In this document: piece after piece, positions 60,798-64,000 of the stretch
Numbering within the stretch: position 1 is the stretch's first letter
How the letters are laid out: each line of letters opens with the position of its first letter
From: Candidatus Omnitrophota bacterium
GTDB lineage: Bacteria; Omnitrophota; Omnitrophia; Omnitrophales; Aquincolibacteriaceae
Direction: 5' to 3'
Length of the DNA: 64,000 bases
NCBI GenBank assembly: GCA_903884815.1
Contig: CAISGE010000062.1
Coordinates: 17-64,016 of the forward strand
Position numbers and translations under genes: made by a program
The notes under the pieces: model-generated
Database searches by the model: none
Seen by the model: the letters and a program-made list of their open reading frames with translations, nothing else
What the model was told of the DNA's origin: nothing

Positions 60798-62521
60798 TGT
60801 TCACTCGTTTCCATTTTTTTCAGGTTTTTGTTTTTGTTCTCTTAACCCTTTTGGGTCTGGGGCTTTTTCAAACCCAGGTGGTACGCGGACACTATTATTA
60901 TGAGTTGAGCAAGCGTAACCGCGTTCGCCTCATCCCGCTGGAAGCCCCGCGCGGACGCGTGTTCGACCGCAAGGACCGTCTGCTTGCCACGAATCGTGCT
61001 TCCTACAATGTGATCGCGATCCCGGAGGACGTATTTCCCGAGGTCTATCCGAGGCTCGCGAAATTGCTCGAGATGCCTGTCAGCGAGATCCGCCGTCGCA
61101 TGAGCGCCGGCCGGGAGTACCCCTTCGCGCCGGCGGTGATCAAAGAAGATGTGGATCAGGAGGTCGCGTTCCGGATCGAAGAGCGTAAGCCCGAGCTTCC
61201 CGGTGTGAGCATCCGGGTGGACGGCATTCGCTATTATCCTTACGGAGAAACCGCGTCGCATGTGATCGGTTACATCGGAGCGGTCGGGCAGGACGAATAT
61301 GCCGGGCTCGACCACGACCGTTTCGGGATGGATTCGAAGATCGGACGCGCCGGGATCGAAAAGGTCTTTGACGAATCTCTTCGCGGATGGCGCGGCGGTG
61401 AACAGATCGAGGTGGACGCGCGCGGCCAAAAAGTGCAGGTGCTTTCTGACCGCAAACCCGAGCCCGGCGCGGATATCAAGTTGACGCTTGATCTTGAATT
61501 CCAAAAAAGGATCATGGAGATGATCAAGGGGCTTCACGCCAGCGTCGCGGTGCTGGACCTTGAGACCGACGGGTTGCTCGCTTTAGCGAGCGCGCCGGCC
61601 TATGATCCGAACATCTTTGTTTCACCGTCCGCCAGCGGTCAGCGTCTCCAGGTTCTCAAGGATGAGAATGCCCCGATGCTTGACCGCGGGATCAATGCGG
61701 CTTATCCTCCCGGTTCAATCTTCAAGCTCGTGACCGCTCTTGCGGGACTCGATCTCGGAAGGATCACGCCTCAGACAAGGTTCAATTGTACCGGTTCTTT
61801 TCAGTTAGGTCCGAAGTCAAAGCCCGCGCATTGCTGGAATCATGAAGGCCATGGAAGTTTGAATCTTTATGAGGCCCTCGAGCGCTCCTGTAATATCTAT
61901 TTTTTTAACGTGGCAAAACGGCTATCCCCGGATGAGATCGCCCATTATGCGCACGAGCTCGGTCTCGGGGAACCCCTGAAGCTCGAGATCTCCCGGATCG
62001 CGCCCGGCCTGATCCCGGACTCGGCATGGAAGCGGGAACGTTTCAACCAGCCCTGGTATCAGGGGGAGACCCTCAATATGGCGATCGGGCAGGGCTATAT
62101 GCTTGTGACGCCGTTTGAGATTCTGCGTCTCACCTCGATCATCGCGAAGAACGGAAGAGTCGTGGAGCCGCATCTTATCGTTCAGGATCGTTCCTTGATG
62201 ATGGAACCTCCTCGCGTGGCGATCCGGGAGGAAAATCTTGAGGTGATCAGGCGGGCGATGCTGCAGGTCGTGGAATCGGACTACGGCACGGGACAGTTGG
62301 CGCGCGTGGATTTTGAAAAGCTTGCGGGCAAGACAGGGACCGCCCAGGCACCGCCCCTTCAGGCGCACAGTTGGATGACCGGATTTTTTCCCTATAAGGA
62401 TCCCAAACTCGCATTTGTCGTGTTCGTGGAGCACGGGGGTTCCGGGGGGATCACAAGCGCTCGTCTTGTGAAACAGATTCTCGAAACGTGGAGGGATCTC
62501 AATGCTGCGCCGGTTGCTTAA
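60797..62521 (+). CDS. mrdA: Penicillin-binding protein 2 (elongasome transpeptidase)
   Basis: PBP dimerisation and transpeptidase domains with SxxK (SIFK), SxN and KTGTA; lies between mreD and rodA. Confidence 0.88.
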   Translation: MFTRFHFFQVFVFVLLTLLGLGLFQTQVVRGHYYYELSKRNRVRLIPLEAPRGRVFDRKDRLLATNRASYNVIAIPEDVFPEVYPRLAKLLEMPVSEIRRRMSAGREYPFAPAVIKEDVDQEVAFRIEERKPELPGVSIRVDGIRYYPYGETASHVIGYIGAVGQDEYAGLDHDRFGMDSKIGRAGIEKVFDESLRGWRGGEQIEVDARGQKVQVLSDRKPEPGADIKLTLDLEFQKRIMEMIKGLHASVAVLDLETDGLLALASAPAYDPNIFVSPSASGQRLQVLKDENAPMLDRGINAAYPPGSIFKLVTALAGLDLGRITPQTRFNCTGSFQLGPKSKPAHCWNHEGHGSLNLYEALERSCNIYFFNVAKRLSPDEIAHYAHELGLGEPLKLEISRIAPGLIPDSAWKRERFNQPWYQGETLNMAIGQGYMLVTPFEILRLTSIIAKNGRVVEPHLIVQDRSLMMEPPRVAIREENLEVIRRAMLQVVESDYGTGQLARVDFEKLAGKTGTAQAPPLQAHSWMTGFFPYKDPKLAFVVFVEHGGSGGITSARLVKQILETWRDLNAAPVA

Positions 62522-63584
62522 CGGGATCCATTTTCCGCTCATCATCTCTGTCGTGGCCCTGGCGGCGATCGGCATCCTTTTTATCTACAGCGCTTCCTAC
62601 CGTGATATGGGGGGCTATGAAGCCAAACAGATATTCTGGATCGTGGTGGGCCTCGGGGTTTTGATCGGCGTTCCGTTCGTTGGCTATCGTCCGATCCTCA
62701 GTATCTCCTATCCTTTCTATATTCTGACCCTGATCCTGCTGGTCTTGGTCGATTTCTTCGGCAGCAAACACCTCGGCGCTCAGCGATGGCTGACACTGGG
62801 ACCCATTGCGATCCAGCCCTCGGAATTCGCGAAGCTCGGCGCTCTTTTGGCGGTTGTGAATTTTCTCGGGTCGTATCATCCCTGGGAGGGGCAGGTCAAG
62901 ACCGTCTCGATCGCTCTTTTGCTTTTAGTGATTCCACTTTTTCTGATCGTCAAGCAGCCGGATCTTGGGACGGCTCTTCTCTTTATCCCCATGTCGGTCG
63001 TGATGCTCTTTCTATGGGGGGTGCGGAAGCGTTTTCTGATCGCCACTTTCAGCGCGGTGGCACTGGCTTGTCCGCTCGCCTGGGAATTCCTTAAAGGATA
63101 TCAGAAGAAGCGGCTGATGGTATTCTTGAATCCCAACCTGGATCCTCTGGGCTCCGGGTATACGGCGCTTCAGGCCAAGATCGCGGTCGGCTCCGGAGGC
63201 CTTTGGGGAAAGGGCTACTTGGGCGGGACGCAGTCGCAACTTCACTTTGTGCCGGAGCATCATACGGATTTTATTTTCTGTGTGATCGGGGAGGAAATGG
63301 GATTTCTCGGAAGTCTTCTGGTGCTTTGTCTCTACGGTTTTCTTTTCCATTCGATCTTTCTTGTTATGCAGCACACGACCGACGTCAAGGCGAAGATGTT
63401 GTGCGGGGGAGTGCTTGCGCTTCTTTTTTCTCACGTCATGATCAATATCGGAATGACCTTTGGCCTCATGCCGATCGCCGGGGTGCCGCTGCCGCTCATC
63501 AGCTACGGAGGCTCCTCCTTCATCATGACCTGCATGTGCCTGGGACTTGTCCTGAGCGTCTACAAGGAACGGTCGATCTTTTAA
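62502..63584 (+). CDS. rodA: SEDS-family peptidoglycan polymerase RodA
   Basis: FtsW/RodA family with ten TM helices and a conserved C-terminus (PLPLISYGGSS). Confidence 0.88.
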   Translation: MLRRLLNGIHFPLIISVVALAAIGILFIYSASYRDMGGYEAKQIFWIVVGLGVLIGVPFVGYRPILSISYPFYILTLILLVLVDFFGSKHLGAQRWLTLGPIAIQPSEFAKLGALLAVVNFLGSYHPWEGQVKTVSIALLLLVIPLFLIVKQPDLGTALLFIPMSVVMLFLWGVRKRFLIATFSAVALACPLAWEFLKGYQKKRLMVFLNPNLDPLGSGYTALQAKIAVGSGGLWGKGYLGGTQSQLHFVPEHHTDFIFCVIGEEMGFLGSLLVLCLYGFLFHSIFLVMQHTTDVKAKMLCGGVLALLFSHVMINIGMTFGLMPIAGVPLPLISYGGSSFIMTCMCLGLVLSVYKERSIF

Positions 63585-63698
63585 TCGATGGAGTCCTTTC
63601 GTCGGATGTGCGCTAATACTAAAAAATAGCGAGGCGGGGGGGGAAGGGCGGGATGGGGATGGAGGGTTGTAATGAGCGCTTACTGTCCCGCAGGTAGC

Positions 63699-63956
63699 TT
63701 ATTTCGCAGAAGACCTTTTGCGGAGCCTTCGGCGTTCATTCATGCAAAGCAGAAGGGCTATGAGCGTTGGCGCTGGCAAGATCCATTCCAAGGTCAACTG
63801 CCCCTTCATTTTCAACACGCAGACGCTTATGAGCAGTAACGGGACAAAACAAACGAGTTTCTTCGGAATCGATAGAAAAAATCCGTCACAAAAGCAGAAT
63901 CCGAGAAAAAACGTATAAATGGCAATCGTCAGAAATTGAAACAGTAATGGTTCCAT
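63699..63956 (-). CDS. Small hypothetical membrane protein (the only plausible minus-strand gene in the window)
   Basis: ATG preceded by GGGAGG at 4-nt spacing on the minus strand and two predicted TM helices; sits in an intergenic gap after rodA. Confidence 0.35.
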   Translation of the reverse strand: MEPLLFQFLTIAIYTFFLGFCFCDGFFLSIPKKLVCFVPLLLISVCVLKMKGQLTLEWILPAPTLIALLLCMNERRRLRKRSSAK

Positions 63957-64000
63957 TTTTCCTCCCTTAAGATGTCTTTGGCGGAATAAAGTTCGTGGCT

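Overview
This 64-kb bacterial chromosomal segment has moderate-to-high GC and is densely coding. The sequence points to a Gram-negative-type cell envelope, because an Mla lipid-transport system and a SWIB-domain protein are present. A PVC-like or candidate-phylum origin is possible but cannot be settled from sequence alone. Essentially every credible gene lies on the + strand, and the long minus-strand ORFs read as antisense artefacts. The recognisable content is mostly housekeeping and is listed here in order along the window:
- Riboflavin operon: ribBA-ribH-nusB-ribD-ribE.
- An RsbW-like kinase and a STAS protein immediately upstream of MlaE/MlaF/MlaD.
- trxB, then rplU-rpmA-obg-proB-proA-nadD, then tandem CNNM/CorC transporters.
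- An unusual cluster: a ParA-like ATPase fused to a CBM48 glycogen-binding domain, two hypothetical proteins and a zinc-ribbon coiled-coil protein.
- A truncated dcw cluster (Pmra promoter, MraZ boxes, mraZ, an inserted STAS gene, rsmH, ftsL, ftsI) that stops at a tRNA-Pro locus.
- The tRNA-Pro locus carries four ~20-bp iterated palindromic repeats, a 15-bp duplication of the tRNA 3' end and a structured spacer.
- A block between the two tRNAs: a Cys-rich small protein, an SDR oxidoreductase, a TrmH-family methyltransferase, an acylphosphatase frameshifted at a T7 run, a metallophosphoesterase, ligA, an acetyltransferase, a membrane protein, a redoxin and a Xer-type recombinase.
- tRNA-Glu, then a purine operon purB-C-S-Q-L-F-M-D-E.
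- A tsaC::LMW-phosphatase fusion followed by rpiB-glyA, which is B. subtilis ywlC-ywlE-ywlF-glyA synteny.
- nrdR, a SWIB protein, aroA and the complete rod complex mreB-mreC-mreD-mrdA-rodA.
The best candidates for new biology are the ParA::CBM48 cluster, the kinase/STAS-Mla linkage, the giant repeat-containing surface protein, the STAS gene inside the dcw cluster, and the tRNA-Pro repeat/duplication locus together with a dispersed REP-like palindrome family.
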